Notes: generated by a model not told the origin, from the sequence alone. A stretch of 64,000 nt of DNA from Candidatus Marinacidobacterales bacterium (GCA_965237955.1 OZ250169.1:5856001-5920000), one strand, 5' to 3'. Shown: positions 29,765-40,467, counted from the first letter of the stretch. Made by a program: numbers and translations.

Positions 29765-31284
29765 TGAAAAACATTTCCGGTTAAGGCAGACTGGTGCGGT
29801 CCGGAGCGGTGAGATCGACGAACCAGTGGGGCCGTTGAGACCGTTCAACTGGCTGATCCGGCGTGTGCGTTGGTAGAGCGAATAAGTAGGCGTCGCCGTG
29901 AGCGCTTTGTCCACGGTGCGAGCCTGAGATCCTGATTAATGAAGTTGATTAGCACGCGCTCCGCTGCGGCGATGAGGAGGAGCGATGCCAAACCGGATTG
30001 CTGGGATAGACGTTCACAAGAAGATGCTGGCGGTGGTGGTCGCCGACATCGCAGTAGAGGGCGAGTATAAGTTTTCGCGCCGGCGTGTGGGTACGAGACC
30101 GAGTGAGCTTCGGGCTCTGGCGGAGTGGCTGGTGGCCGAGGGGGTCGATGAAGTAGTGATGGAATCGACCGCGCAATATTGGCGCCCGGTGTGGGAGGCG
30201 TTGGAGCGGTCCTGGGCTCCGCAGTGCCGAGCTCGGCCGGGCGCGGGTGCGCAGTCGGGCAACTTGCATCTGGCGCAAGCAAAGTCGAATCGCGGCGCGC
30301 GGGGTCGGAAGCGGGATTTTCCGGATGCCGAACGATTGGTGAAGCGTTTGGTGGCGCAGGAGCTGACTCTAAGCTTCGTTCCCGAGCCGGAGCAGCGCCT
30401 GTGGCGAACGGTGATGCGCCGCAAGTACCAGTTCACGCGTAACCGGGTTCAGCTCCAAAACCGCCTAGAGTCGTTGCTGGAGGAAGCGCATCTAAAGTTG
30501 TCGAGCCTGGTGTCGGATCTTCTGGGGCTGAGTGCGCGGCAGATGTTGCAAGCCTTGGCGGACGGGGAAACGGAGCCGGCCCGCTTGGCGGAGTTGGCCG
30601 ACCGTCGATTGCGTGCCACGCCCGAGCAGTTGTGCGATGCGCTCGGCGCGTGTGCCGATCTCAACCCCGTCTATCGGAAGCTCGTGCAAATGACGCTCGA
30701 GGAATTACGATTGCTCGAAGAGCAGAGCGCGCAACTCGATGAAGAGATGGCGCATCTGCTCGGCGAGCATCAAGCAGCTGTGCAACGACTCGCTGAAGTG
30801 CCTGGGCTCGGCGTGGATTCGGCGCAGCAGATCATCGCGGAAGTCGGGGCGAGCGCCGAGACGTTTCCGTCGGCCAAGCACCTCGCGTCCTGGGTGGGCG
30901 TGTGCCCCGGAGAGCACGAAAGCGCCGGCAAAAGCTACAGCCATCGCTCGCCCAAAGGCAGTCGGCCGATGCGCCGCCTCCTCAATCAAGCCGCCAACGC
31001 GGCCGTCAAGACCAAAGGGAGTTTCTTCCAGCTCGTGTACCGGCGCTTGGTTCCACGCCTGGGGCACGCGCAAGCCATCTGGGCCGTTGCCCATCGGTTG
31101 TGTCGTTTAATCTGGAAGATTCTCCACCAGGGCGTTGACTATGAGGAACGTGGCCCCGACGTTAGCCGCGCGCGCTCCAAACGACGCATTGCCAATATGA
31201 TCCGCGACCTGCGCAAACTCGGATATCACATCGAGCCTTCTCTACGGGGAGATCCAGCATGACGATAGATGTTTTTCGATCCTG
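29765..31284 (+). mobile_element. IS110 element, copy 3
   Basis: Near-identical; preceded by only 23 bp of duplicated upstream DNA. Confidence 0.75.
29985..31262 (+). CDS. IS110 recombinase, copy 3
   Basis: 425 aa; same protein as copy 1. Confidence 0.95.
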   Translation: MPNRIAGIDVHKKMLAVVVADIAVEGEYKFSRRRVGTRPSELRALAEWLVAEGVDEVVMESTAQYWRPVWEALERSWAPQCRARPGAGAQSGNLHLAQAKSNRGARGRKRDFPDAERLVKRLVAQELTLSFVPEPEQRLWRTVMRRKYQFTRNRVQLQNRLESLLEEAHLKLSSLVSDLLGLSARQMLQALADGETEPARLAELADRRLRATPEQLCDALGACADLNPVYRKLVQMTLEELRLLEEQSAQLDEEMAHLLGEHQAAVQRLAEVPGLGVDSAQQIIAEVGASAETFPSAKHLASWVGVCPGEHESAGKSYSHRSPKGSRPMRRLLNQAANAAVKTKGSFFQLVYRRLVPRLGHAQAIWAVAHRLCRLIWKILHQGVDYEERGPDVSRARSKRRIANMIRDLRKLGYHIEPSLRGDPA

Positions 31285-31498
31285 CAATTCGCCATCATAG
31301 ATAGGGGGGGACTTGGCCGCAAATCTCGTCGCTTTACATTCGGAGAGCGCTGAAATACTTTGGAGTCCTCAGACACTCTCCATGAGAGGACCGATCGGTG
31401 AAACGATTCAACGCCATCTTCAACTGGCACGAAGAGCTGCTTAGGCTGGTTCCGGTGAATTGAGTGGGGATGTGATGGACGCAGCTCGCGAAAGAACA

Positions 31499-33018
31499 TG
31501 AAAAACATTTCCGGTTAAGGCAGACTGGTGCGGTCCGGAGCGGTGAGATCGACGAACCAGTGGGGCCGTTGAGACCGTTCAACTGGCTGATCCGGCGTGT
31601 GCGTTGGTAGAGCGAATAAGTAGGCGTCGCCGTGAGCGCTTTGTCCACGGTGCGAGCCTGAGATCCTGATTAATGAAGTTGATTAGCACGCGCTCCGCTG
31701 CGGCGATGAGGAGGAGCGATGCCAAACCGGATTGCTGGGATAGACGTTCACAAGAAGATGCTGGCGGTGGTGGTCGCCGACATCGCAGTAGAGGGCGAGT
31801 ATAAGTTTTCGCGCCGGCGTGTGGGCACGAGACCGAGTGAGCTTCGGGCTCTGGCGGAGTGGCTGGTGGCCGAGGGGGTCGATGAAGTAGTGATGGAATC
31901 GACCGCGCAATATTGGCGCCCGGTGTGGGAGGCGTTGGAGCGGTCCTGGGCTCCGCAGTGCCGAGCTCGGCCGGGCGCGGGTGCGCAGTCGGGCAACTTG
32001 CATCTGGCGCAAGCAAAGTCGAATCGCGGCGCGCGGGGTCGGAAGCGGGATTTTCCGGATGCCGAACGATTGGTGAAGCGTTTGGTGGCGCAGGAGCTGA
32101 CTCTAAGCTTCGTTCCCGAGCCGGAGCAGCGCCTGTGGCGAACGGTGATGCGCCGCAAGTACCAGTTCACGCGTAACCGGGTTCAGCTCCAAAACCGCCT
32201 AGAGTCGTTGCTGGAGGAAGCGCATCTAAAGTTGTCGAGCCTGGTGTCGGATCTTCTGGGGCTGAGTGCGCGGCGGATGTTGCAAGCCTTGGCGGACGGG
32301 GAAACGGAGCCGGCCCGCTTGGCGGAGTTGGCCGACCGTCGATTGCGTGCCACGCCCGAGCAGTTGTGCGATGCGCTCGGCGCGTGTGCCGATCTCAACC
32401 CCGTCTATCGGAAGCTCGTGCAAATGACGCTCGAGGAATTACGATTGCTCGAAGAGCAGAGCGCGCAACTCGATGAAGAGATGGCGCATCTGCTCGGCGA
32501 GCATCAAGCAGCTGTGCAACGACTCGCTGAAGTGCCTGGGCTCGGCGTGGATTCGGCGCAGCAGATCATCGCGGAAGTCGGGGCGAGCGCCGAGACGTTT
32601 CCGTCGGCCAAGCACCTCGCGTCCTGGGTGGGCGTGTGCCCCGGAGAGCACGAAAGCGCCGGCAAAAGCTACAGCCATCGCTCGCCCAAAGGCAGTCGGC
32701 CGATGCGCCGCCTCCTCAATCAAGCCGCCAACGCGGCCGTCAAGACCAAAGGGAGTTTCTTCCAGCTCGTGTACCGGCGGTTGGTTCCACGCCTGGGGCA
32801 CGCGCAAGCCATCTGGGCCGTTGCCCATCGGTTGTGTCGTTTAATCTGGAAGATTCTCCACCAGGGCGTTGACTATGAGGAACGTGGCCCCGACGTTAGC
32901 CGCGCGCGCTCCAAACGACGCATTGCCAATATGATCCGCGACCTGCGCAAACTCGGATATCACATCGAGCCTTCTCTACGGGGAGATCCAGCATGACGAT
33001 AGATGTTTTTCGATCCTG
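31499..33018 (+). mobile_element. IS110 element, copy 4
   Basis: Near-identical; ends gatccTG before unique flank. Confidence 0.75.
31719..32996 (+). CDS. IS110 recombinase, copy 4
   Basis: 425 aa; same protein as copy 2. Confidence 0.95.
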   Translation: MPNRIAGIDVHKKMLAVVVADIAVEGEYKFSRRRVGTRPSELRALAEWLVAEGVDEVVMESTAQYWRPVWEALERSWAPQCRARPGAGAQSGNLHLAQAKSNRGARGRKRDFPDAERLVKRLVAQELTLSFVPEPEQRLWRTVMRRKYQFTRNRVQLQNRLESLLEEAHLKLSSLVSDLLGLSARRMLQALADGETEPARLAELADRRLRATPEQLCDALGACADLNPVYRKLVQMTLEELRLLEEQSAQLDEEMAHLLGEHQAAVQRLAEVPGLGVDSAQQIIAEVGASAETFPSAKHLASWVGVCPGEHESAGKSYSHRSPKGSRPMRRLLNQAANAAVKTKGSFFQLVYRRLVPRLGHAQAIWAVAHRLCRLIWKILHQGVDYEERGPDVSRARSKRRIANMIRDLRKLGYHIEPSLRGDPA

Positions 33019-33061
33019 GTTCGACGAGCTCGAACGCCTCGTCCCTACGCGATAAAGCACA

Positions 33062-33625
33062 CTAATGAATCCGCGGCTCGATCGGCAACGCCGCGACGAT
33101 GTTTGCCTCCACGGTTGCGAGCTCACTCAGCCGCTCGTCCACCGCTTCCGGATCGTCGTACAAGCAAGCGAGCTCGCGGAAGAGCGCCGCGTGTCGTGAC
33201 TCGGCCTTGGCGAGGTCTCCGTAAAATCGCTTCAGGTCGGGCGCTTCCAGGTGCGTTGCGAGAAGCTCGAGTCGCTCGTGCGAGCGGGCCTCGATGAGTC
33301 CGAACAAAAGCAGTCGATCGGTGAGCCGCCCTTGGTTGGCTCGGGCCAGGGCCATGAGCTTCTGCGCGTAGGGGTCGCCCTGGTCGCGACCGAGGGCCAA
33401 CCCGCGCTGCACGATCCGTTCATAGACGGCGCGGAAATGCTGAAGCTCCTCGACCGCGAGCGCGCTCATGCGCCGGACGAGCTCTTCAAACTCCGGATAA
33501 CCCACGACGAGCGACATCGCGGAGGCCGCCGCCTTTTTCTCGCAGTGAGCGTGGTCGACGAGGACGGCATCCATGCTCGATGTCGCGACGTCGATCCAAC
33601 GCGGCGTCGTCTCGGAAACAATCAC
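33062..33625 (-). CDS. miaE: tRNA-(ms2io6A) hydroxylase
   Basis: DHAHCEKKAA, EELQHF, IEARSHER, SESRH-like, PRIH. Confidence 0.88.
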   Translation of the reverse strand: MIVSETTPRWIDVATSSMDAVLVDHAHCEKKAAASAMSLVVGYPEFEELVRRMSALAVEELQHFRAVYERIVQRGLALGRDQGDPYAQKLMALARANQGRLTDRLLLFGLIEARSHERLELLATHLEAPDLKRFYGDLAKAESRHAALFRELACLYDDPEAVDERLSELATVEANIVAALPIEPRIH

Positions 33626-33685
33626 GAGGCCATTGTAATCGCCGTCGGTTGTTCGCTATCATGTTTTGGAGGAGAACTGAGACCC

Positions 33686-34174
33686 ATGTTCCGAGTCGCT
33701 CTTTTGGTCGCCACCGTCGTCGTGCAGGTTCCGCGCGGCACGTCCGAGATCACGCTCAATGACACTACCTTGTCCGTCGAGTACGGACGTCCCTTGCTAA
33801 AGGGCCGTGACATGCTCGGGCAGGCGCCCGTCGGAACCGTGTGGCGTTTGGGTGCGGATCAGTCCACGACGATGTCGGTGACCGGCTCCGCGATTTTCAT
33901 AAATATGGTGGTCGCGAAAGGGGAGTACAGCTTGTTCCTGAAACGGACTTCCGAAACGCGGTGGTCGCTGATCGTGAACAAGCAGACCGGGCAGTGGGGA
34001 ACAGAGCATGACCCGCAACAAGATCTGCTCGGCATTCCCCTGAAGTGGGAAAAGCAAGACGATCCCGTAGAGCAGCTCACCATCGAGCTGACCGAGGAGA
34101 CCGAGGAGACCGGAATCCTGTCAATCGCGTGGGGACAGGAAGTCTTGAAGCAGCGCTTTCGACTCAGCCCGTGA
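33686..34174 (+). CDS. DUF2911-like protein
   Basis: VEYGRP..KGR, VWRLGAD..T, GEYSLF, NKQTGQWGT. Confidence 0.75.
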   Translation: MFRVALLVATVVVQVPRGTSEITLNDTTLSVEYGRPLLKGRDMLGQAPVGTVWRLGADQSTTMSVTGSAIFINMVVAKGEYSLFLKRTSETRWSLIVNKQTGQWGTEHDPQQDLLGIPLKWEKQDDPVEQLTIELTEETEETGILSIAWGQEVLKQRFRLSP

Positions 34175-35125
34175 AAATGCCCCGGAGCCAGTTGAAGGTA
34201 GGTGGCGGCTCCAGTCATCGTTACTCTAGCTGACCTTCTCCTCACGAACAACGCTTTTGCCTAGGGCAAGTTCCTCGAGCTTGGCTTCTAAGATGGGCAG
34301 CGATTCGAAACACGGAACGCGCCTGAAGTTCTTCTCGGTTGCGAGCAAGGCGGAGGCGGCCCATCGCAGAACCATGGAGCCAGCTTTCCAGTTGGTCACT
34401 CGTCGAGTTCGACCTCTGGTACCGCTCCTCGGGAAGGTAGCCGTGTACGTTCCTCTCCTTGTGCTTTCTACATCGCTGCACCTTGTTGCGAGAGCCGAAC
34501 ACCGCATCGATGGCCCGGCGCAACGCTTGCGAACCGTCGATCACGAACAGACACGGCCGCTCGGGATTCAAGCCCCGCTCGACCAAGTCTTCGAGCAGTG
34601 CCGTGGTAACGACTTTGTTTTCGCTTGCTCTTTCCCGAAGACCAAGAACGTGCTTGCAACCCTCAGAATCCACACCAATTACAGCGATGGCGTGGTATTC
34701 GCTGAACACGATCCCGTCCAGGTAGACGAACGAGGATGTCCCACGCGTCGAGCCGTCGCTCCATCAGCTCCTTCAGCGTTTCCGCGCTGCCTTCGACGAA
34801 GTGACGGCTGGCCTCGCTCTTGCTCACTCCAACCGTCTCGGCCATCTTCGGCAGAACCTCGGCGTACTTCCGTGTCGATAGACCCAGCATCAACACCTCC
34901 CAGATCCGCTGGCTCAACCGTGGCGAGCCGCGCATCGCCTCGTACGCCGGAACCGGAACTTCCCTTCCTTCGCCCTTGCCTTTTTTCCTCAGGCGCGGCT
35001 TGCGCACACGGAGCTGACGTTCCGAAAGGCTGACCACCCCATCCTGGTGGCCGTGCCAGCGAACTTCTGAACTTTCTCGCCCCGGGTGTTTCTCGCCCGC
35101 AACGTTCCTCGCCGACAGTTCCAGA

Positions 35126-36880
35126 GGGAGTAACCTGAATGTTGTGTCCGGCTCTGATAATGAGAACGACGTTTCAGCGAGAGCGACGACCACGAAGGGG
35201 CCACGATCTCGCCTAGCAAGAGCGGGGCCGCGAAGCGGTCCCGCCCAAAGTCAACCCGGAGCGAGAGCGGAGCGCGCCGCGAAGTGCGTTCGGCGACGGT
35301 GGACGGCGTCGGCTCAGGAGGATTGGTACGCGAGCCCGATTTCGTTGGATATCTCGGAATTGGCGACGGGGCTCGAAACCGACGCTCTCATTTGCCCCAG
35401 GAGGCGTTTTCTCGAAGCGACCCAACCCTCAGCACCCCCCTTTTTGGTTAACTTACGGGGAGCCTCTCGTAACCTGCCCGTTAGCGAATTGGAAGTTTCC
35501 GATGCGTCGGTGTGTGACGACGACGGAGATACACTGCGTGAAGCGCCTCGCGAGCGCGAGGAAAATGAAAAGCCCCAGGGTAGCCGCCCTGGGGCAAGGA
35601 CCCGTTTACTTGAAAGGAACAAGCAATGCCTTCAGATCCCAAAACCAACGTATCACAAAATTCGCTCTCCGAGTCTCTCGACAACGAAATCGACCGCCTA
35701 CTCAGCGCCGGCCTCGAGAACTTCAGCGTTCGAGAGCTCTTGGGAATGATGCTCTCCGCCGCGGGGCAAGCCGAGCGCCACGCTTACCTTGCCGAGGCCA
35801 CCGGCGACAAAGGTAACGGAGGCTATGACCGCTCGTTGAATGTCGGCTCCATCCCCGTCGACATCCGCGTGCCCAGAACGCGCAGTGGTCAGTTTCGACC
35901 GAACTCACTCCCTCCGGCCTACGAGCGCGGATACTCCGACGAGGTCCAGTCCCTTCTCTTCGGAGTGCTTTGCTCCTCTCGCTCTGTAAACGCCGCGAAA
36001 ACAGCGCTCAGAAAGATGGGCGTCAACGCCTCCCCCGATGAGCTTGACACCGTCGCCTCAGGCTTCATCGAGGAGCTCGAGCTCGTCAACTCACGACCCA
36101 TCGACCCCGACATGCTCGCCATCTTCTTCGATGGTAAGTATGTCGAAATCAAAGAAGACGAGCGTCTTCGGCCTGCTTGTATCTACCTCGTTACCGGCCT
36201 GCACCGCGACGGCAGAAAGAAAGTCCTGGGCTGTTTCATAAAACACCAACGAGAAAACCTCGAGGGTTGGAAAACTGTCCTTCGCTCTCTCGTTGAACGG
36301 GGCCTCAGACGCGTCATGATCGTCATCCACGACGACTTCTCGGGTTTGCTCGGCGTCACCAAGGGAATGTTTCCCAACTCCGATATCCAGCTGTGTACCG
36401 TTCACATGCTCCGGAACGCCAAAACTCATCTCAGCAAGCAGGACGCCTCTGAGTTCACCAAGAGGTTCCGCTCCATCAAAACCGCTTGGAGCGCCGAAGT
36501 CGCCGCTTCTCAATTCGAGGAGCTTTGTGACCGCTTCGAAAAATCCTCCCCCTCCTTCGTCAAGGAATACGAAAGAAACAACCGCACTACATCGCCTTCC
36601 TCAAATACCCCGACGGCGTCCGACGTTCTCTGTCAACGACCAACGCCGTCGAAGCCATCAACAAACAACTCGAGATTCTGCGTCGTAACAGCGGTGGATA
36701 CTTCCATTCCGAGGAGACCGCGAAACTTAAACTCGGCATTGTCGTCACCTCCCTCGAATCCGGCAAATGGCACCGAGTCACCGCAACCGTCAAGGGCGCG
36801 CTCGACCAATTCAACGCCATGTTCGAGACCCGATTCGAGGCAGAATGATGCCCGCGGACACAACATTATTGACAAGTGCC
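35126..36880 (+). mobile_element. Nested IS256-family element with 8-bp target duplication GTTCCAGA
   Basis: GTTCCAGA at 35118-35125 and 36881-36888; IRs share AATGTTGTGTCC. Confidence 0.88.
35626..36849 (+). pseudogene. IS256 (Mutator-like) transposase, frameshifted near 36570
   Basis: NGGYDR..VPRTRSGQF, FFDGKY, HDDFSG, QLCTVH; the shifted frame gives TTNAVEAIN. Confidence 0.82.
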
Positions 36881-37275
36881 GTTCCAGAACGGCCTCGATC
36901 GTCGCCCGGCCCGCTTCGTCGATCACTTCGTCGAGCGCCTTCTCCGCCCTCTCGATGCTTTCCACGAACGGTGGGAGAACTTGCCCCTCCTTCACAAGAA
37001 ACTCTTTCAGCCCTGAACTATTCTTCCGGTCAATGATTTGGTACTTTCCCATCGTGGTGGCTCCTTTCTTTGTTTTTCCCTGGCCGGATTCTAATTGAAC
37101 CCGGCTTAAGGAGCCGCCACGGCTAACCTTCAACTACCACTGGGCATCTCCCAAGCGAAGCCCGCGCCACAAACGTCGATCGAGCTCCGTCCAGACAGGA
37201 GTCGAAACAATTTGCATCGTCGTCCTGTTGATATTAGTAAGCAAATTAGCTAATTATATCGGCCAGGAGGATCTC

Positions 37276-37590
37276 ATGTCGAAGTCGTCGGGTCCAGTTC
37301 GCGTGTTGTGTATCTATCGAGTGAAAGACGGTAAAGAAGGTGAGTTTCGGCAGCTTCTCGAGAAGCATTGGCCAACGTTGAACAGCATCGGCCTCGTCAC
37401 GTCCGAGCCCGCCCGCTGGTATCTATCCAAAGACAAGAAGGGACGAAAGTGTTTCGTCGAGCTCTTCGAGTGGAGAGACGCCAAGGCGCCGCAGACCGCA
37501 CACGAGCTTCCCGAAGTGATGGCGGTGTGGGAACCGATGGGTACGCTCGTGGATGACATGGAATTCCTCGATCTGGAAACGCTTGGCTAA
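37276..37590 (+). CDS. Hypothetical protein (dimeric alpha/beta-barrel-like)
   Basis: RBS AGGAGG; first gene of an ArsR operon. Confidence 0.55.
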   Translation: MSKSSGPVRVLCIYRVKDGKEGEFRQLLEKHWPTLNSIGLVTSEPARWYLSKDKKGRKCFVELFEWRDAKAPQTAHELPEVMAVWEPMGTLVDDMEFLDLETLG

Positions 37591-37942
37591 CAAAAAAGAC
37601 CCTACGAAAAAACGCCATGACGCGCGCCGGCGTCTCGAGGAGTTGGACGACGTCGTTGCCGCACTGGCGCACGCTTCGCGGCGCCAGATTCTTCTCGTGG
37701 TGCATTTTCGTGGCGGCGAGATGACGGCGGGGGAGATCGCGAGCCGCTTCGAATGCACCTGGCCTACCATCAGCCGGCATCTTCGCGTGTTGGAGGACTC
37801 CGGCCTCCTCGTGCAGGAGAAGCGCGGTCGCACGCGCAATTACCGCATCGACCAAGACAAGCTGGACGTCGTGCGCGAGTGGGTCGAGTGGTTCGATGGA
37901 GACAAACGTGGCGGGAAAAACAAGCAGCGCGCGCAAGTGTGA
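37583..37942 (+). CDS. ArsR/SmtB family regulator
   Basis: [31 protein letters not shown]. Confidence 0.88.
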   Translation: MANKKDPTKKRHDARRRLEELDDVVAALAHASRRQILLVVHFRGGEMTAGEIASRFECTWPTISRHLRVLEDSGLLVQEKRGRTRNYRIDQDKLDVVREWVEWFDGDKRGGKNKQRAQV

Positions 37943-38315
37943 AACGGCTCTCCGAAAGTATGCTCTCGGTTTTCCGGAGACTCACGAAGATTTCCCGTGG
38001 GGCGAACGCGTTGTCAAAGTCGGCAAGAAAGTATTCGTTTTCATGGGTCGCCCCGACGGTCGGCTCACGCTCTCGGTGAAGCTTCCTGAATCGCAAACGG
38101 TGGCGCTCATGCTTCGGTTCGCCGAGCCCACGGGCTACGGGCTCGGCAGGAGCTGCTGGGTGACCGCACGTTTCGGTGCAAACGAAAAACAGCCCGAAGA
38201 CTTGCTCCGCGAGTGGATCGAAGAAAGCTACCGCGCGGTTGCGCCCAAGAAACTCGTGGGAACACTTTTGGGCGAAACGCCACGCCCAAGAAAAGCCGCG
38301 AAATCGAAGAAGTAG
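37896..38315 (+). CDS. MmcQ/YjbR family DNA-binding protein
   Basis: [33 protein letters not shown]. Confidence 0.85.
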   Translation: METNVAGKTSSARKCETALRKYALGFPETHEDFPWGERVVKVGKKVFVFMGRPDGRLTLSVKLPESQTVALMLRFAEPTGYGLGRSCWVTARFGANEKQPEDLLREWIEESYRAVAPKKLVGTLLGETPRPRKAAKSKK

Positions 38316-38397
38316 TCTTGGTAGCTGCGCAGCAGACACCTCTCGAACGCCGCGCAGAAACCGCGCATAATACCGCTCGTCCGAAGAGAGGAGAGTT

Positions 38398-40098
38398 ATG
38401 CGACGAACGTGGTTGATATTAGGGATGCTCTGGATTCTTTCTACGGAGCTCGTGGATGCGCAGTCCGGGAGCACCGACGAACGCCTGTCCACCCCACAAA
38501 GCGCGGTGGACAATTTTCTGAAGTGGCAATTACCGCCGACGGTCGACATGGATATTGCCTCCGAGGCCATGGGTATCAACCCGAGTATGTCGACAGAGCG
38601 GCGCCGTGAGTTGGCACGTGAGCTCAAGGCGGTCTTGGACGCTCGAGGTCTCTTCGTGCACCTGGACGCAATTCCGGCCGACCGCGACTACGTCGACACA
38701 TCGAGCGGGCAGAGTCGCTATCAACTCTTTCCCGTGCGTCTTCCCGAGGTCGCCGTCGTCAAGGTAGGAGACCGGTGGCTTTTTTCTCAACCAACGCTGG
38801 TCGCGGTGCCGGAGCTGTATGACGAGACCTTCAGTGCGGCCGCTCAATATCTCATCGGTCTGTTGCCGGCTGTCTTTCAGATGCGACTTCTCGGGATCGC
38901 TCTGTGGCAATACGCCGGGGTGTTCCTGGTGCTCCTCATCGCGTTTGTGATGAGGCAGCTCTCGGAGTTCTTTCTGAGGAAGTTTGCGAACTGGCTGATC
39001 AAACGGACACCGCCGACGTGGGACGAGAACATCGTGCTCCAATCGGTCAAGCCCGTCAGCTTCCTCCTGTTCACGCTCGTCATTCGTTTTTTCTACGCGG
39101 ACCTGCAACTACCGGTGGGCATGAACGCCGCGATCAAATTTGCCCTCGAGGTGATGATCGCGGGCAGCCTCTTGTGGCTGGCGTTCATGCTCGTGGACTT
39201 CTTGTGCGACCACCTGCGACAGATCACGGCGAAAACGGACACGAAGCTCGACGACCAGCTGATCCCGCTGTTGCGGAAGGCGTTGAAAGTGTTCGCCTTC
39301 ACCATCGGCGCTCTCGTGCTCGTTCAGAGCTTCGGATACTCGATTAGCTCGCTCCTCGCAGGGCTTGGGATTGGCGGCGTCGCGGTCGCTCTCGCTGCTC
39401 AAGATACGATCGCGAACTTCTTCGGCTCGGTGATGATCTTCGCGGACAAGCCGTTCCAGGTCGGTGATTGGATCGTCACCGGTAGTGTGGAGGGTACCGT
39501 CGAGGAAGTCGGGTTTCGTTCCACCCGCATCCGCACGTTCTACAACTCGGTGATCAGCGTGCCGAACTCGAAGCTCGCGAACTCCGACGTCGACAACCTG
39601 GGAATGCGCCGATACCGGCGCATCAAGGAAGTGCTCAATCTGACCTACAGCACCACCGCTCAGCAAATGCAGGCGTTCGTCGAGGGCATCCGCGCGATCA
39701 TCCAGGCGAACCGCTACATGCGAAAAAATTTCTATGAAATCCACTTCAACGGTTACGGCAGCTCGTCGCTGAACGTTCTCGTGTACTGCTTCCTGGAAGT
39801 CGGCAGCTGGAGCGATGAGCTTCGCGAGAAACATAACTTTTTCCTCGAGATTCTTCGGCTAGCCGAGGAGCTCGGGGTCGAGTTCGCGTTTCCGACACAA
39901 ACAGTGCACGTCGACAGCTTCTATGGGGATAAGCCTCGCGTCGTCGGAGAGAAACGCTCCAGCGAGAAGCTGGCCGAGACCGTCGCCTCGTTCGGGCCCG
40001 ACGGAGGGTTGTCGCGACCCCACGGGCCCGAGCTGATGCTCGATGGAAAGAAGCTCGATTACTCGCCCCACGGGGCGGCGACACGGGGGGCGGTATGA
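38398..40098 (+). CDS. MscS-family mechanosensitive channel
   Basis: GLGIGGVAVALAAQDT, DKPFQVGD, GTVEEVGFRSTRIRT, FAFPT. Confidence 0.9.
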   Translation: MRRTWLILGMLWILSTELVDAQSGSTDERLSTPQSAVDNFLKWQLPPTVDMDIASEAMGINPSMSTERRRELARELKAVLDARGLFVHLDAIPADRDYVDTSSGQSRYQLFPVRLPEVAVVKVGDRWLFSQPTLVAVPELYDETFSAAAQYLIGLLPAVFQMRLLGIALWQYAGVFLVLLIAFVMRQLSEFFLRKFANWLIKRTPPTWDENIVLQSVKPVSFLLFTLVIRFFYADLQLPVGMNAAIKFALEVMIAGSLLWLAFMLVDFLCDHLRQITAKTDTKLDDQLIPLLRKALKVFAFTIGALVLVQSFGYSISSLLAGLGIGGVAVALAAQDTIANFFGSVMIFADKPFQVGDWIVTGSVEGTVEEVGFRSTRIRTFYNSVISVPNSKLANSDVDNLGMRRYRRIKEVLNLTYSTTAQQMQAFVEGIRAIIQANRYMRKNFYEIHFNGYGSSSLNVLVYCFLEVGSWSDELREKHNFFLEILRLAEELGVEFAFPTQTVHVDSFYGDKPRVVGEKRSSEKLAETVASFGPDGGLSRPHGPELMLDGKKLDYSPHGAATRGAV

Positions 40099-40467
40099 GA
40101 CGGATTCAAACGGACACGCGCCGTCGCCGGCCACTATGCGCAAGGTGTATCACACGGAGGCTTCCTTTTTGTTTCGGGGCAGCTCCCTATCGACCCGAAA
40201 ACAGGAGAGAAGAAAACCGGTGCCATCGAAGAACAAACGCGGCAGGTGCTCGAGAACGTGCTCGCGGTCGTTGTAGCTTCGGGCGGGGACAAATCGCATA
40301 TCGTCAAGACGACCGTCTACGTTTCCGACATCGAGCTGTGGGGGCGCGTCAACGAAGTCTATGCGGAGTTCTTCGGTCTCTACCGGCCGGCGAGAGCGAT
40401 TGTGCCCGTCAAAGAGCTCCATCACGGCTTTCAGATCGAGATCGAAGCCGTCGCCGCGCTCCCGTGA
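40095..40467 (+). pseudogene. RidA family protein, 5' frameshift
   Basis: GHYAQG..FVSGQLP, VKTTVY, PARAIVPV, IEIEAVA; the start codon is out of frame. Confidence 0.75.

Larger units (their letters stand above)
26274..33018 (+). repeat. Tandem array of four IS110 elements with duplicated upstream DNA (periods 1734, 1541, 1734 bp)
   Basis: Transposase starts at 26710, 28444, 29985, 31719; junctions gatccTG|caattc, gatccTG|gacgca, gatccTG|caattc, gatccTG|gttcga. Confidence 0.95.
34173..37150 (-). mobile_element. IS256-family element (degraded), interrupted by a second IS256-family element
   Basis: Imperfect IRs (atgccc..agttgaagg..gtggcggctcc) at ~34173-34212 and ~37110-37150; transposase pieces 36881-37052 and 34226-35125 (GLSTRKY, VIDGSQAL, QRCRKHKERNV). 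Confidence 0.8.

Noticed and set aside
26274-33018. CRISPR-like array interpretation of the repeats and spacers
   Set aside because: The repeats are 1.5-kb IS copies, the spacers are copies of adjacent DNA, and there are no cas genes.
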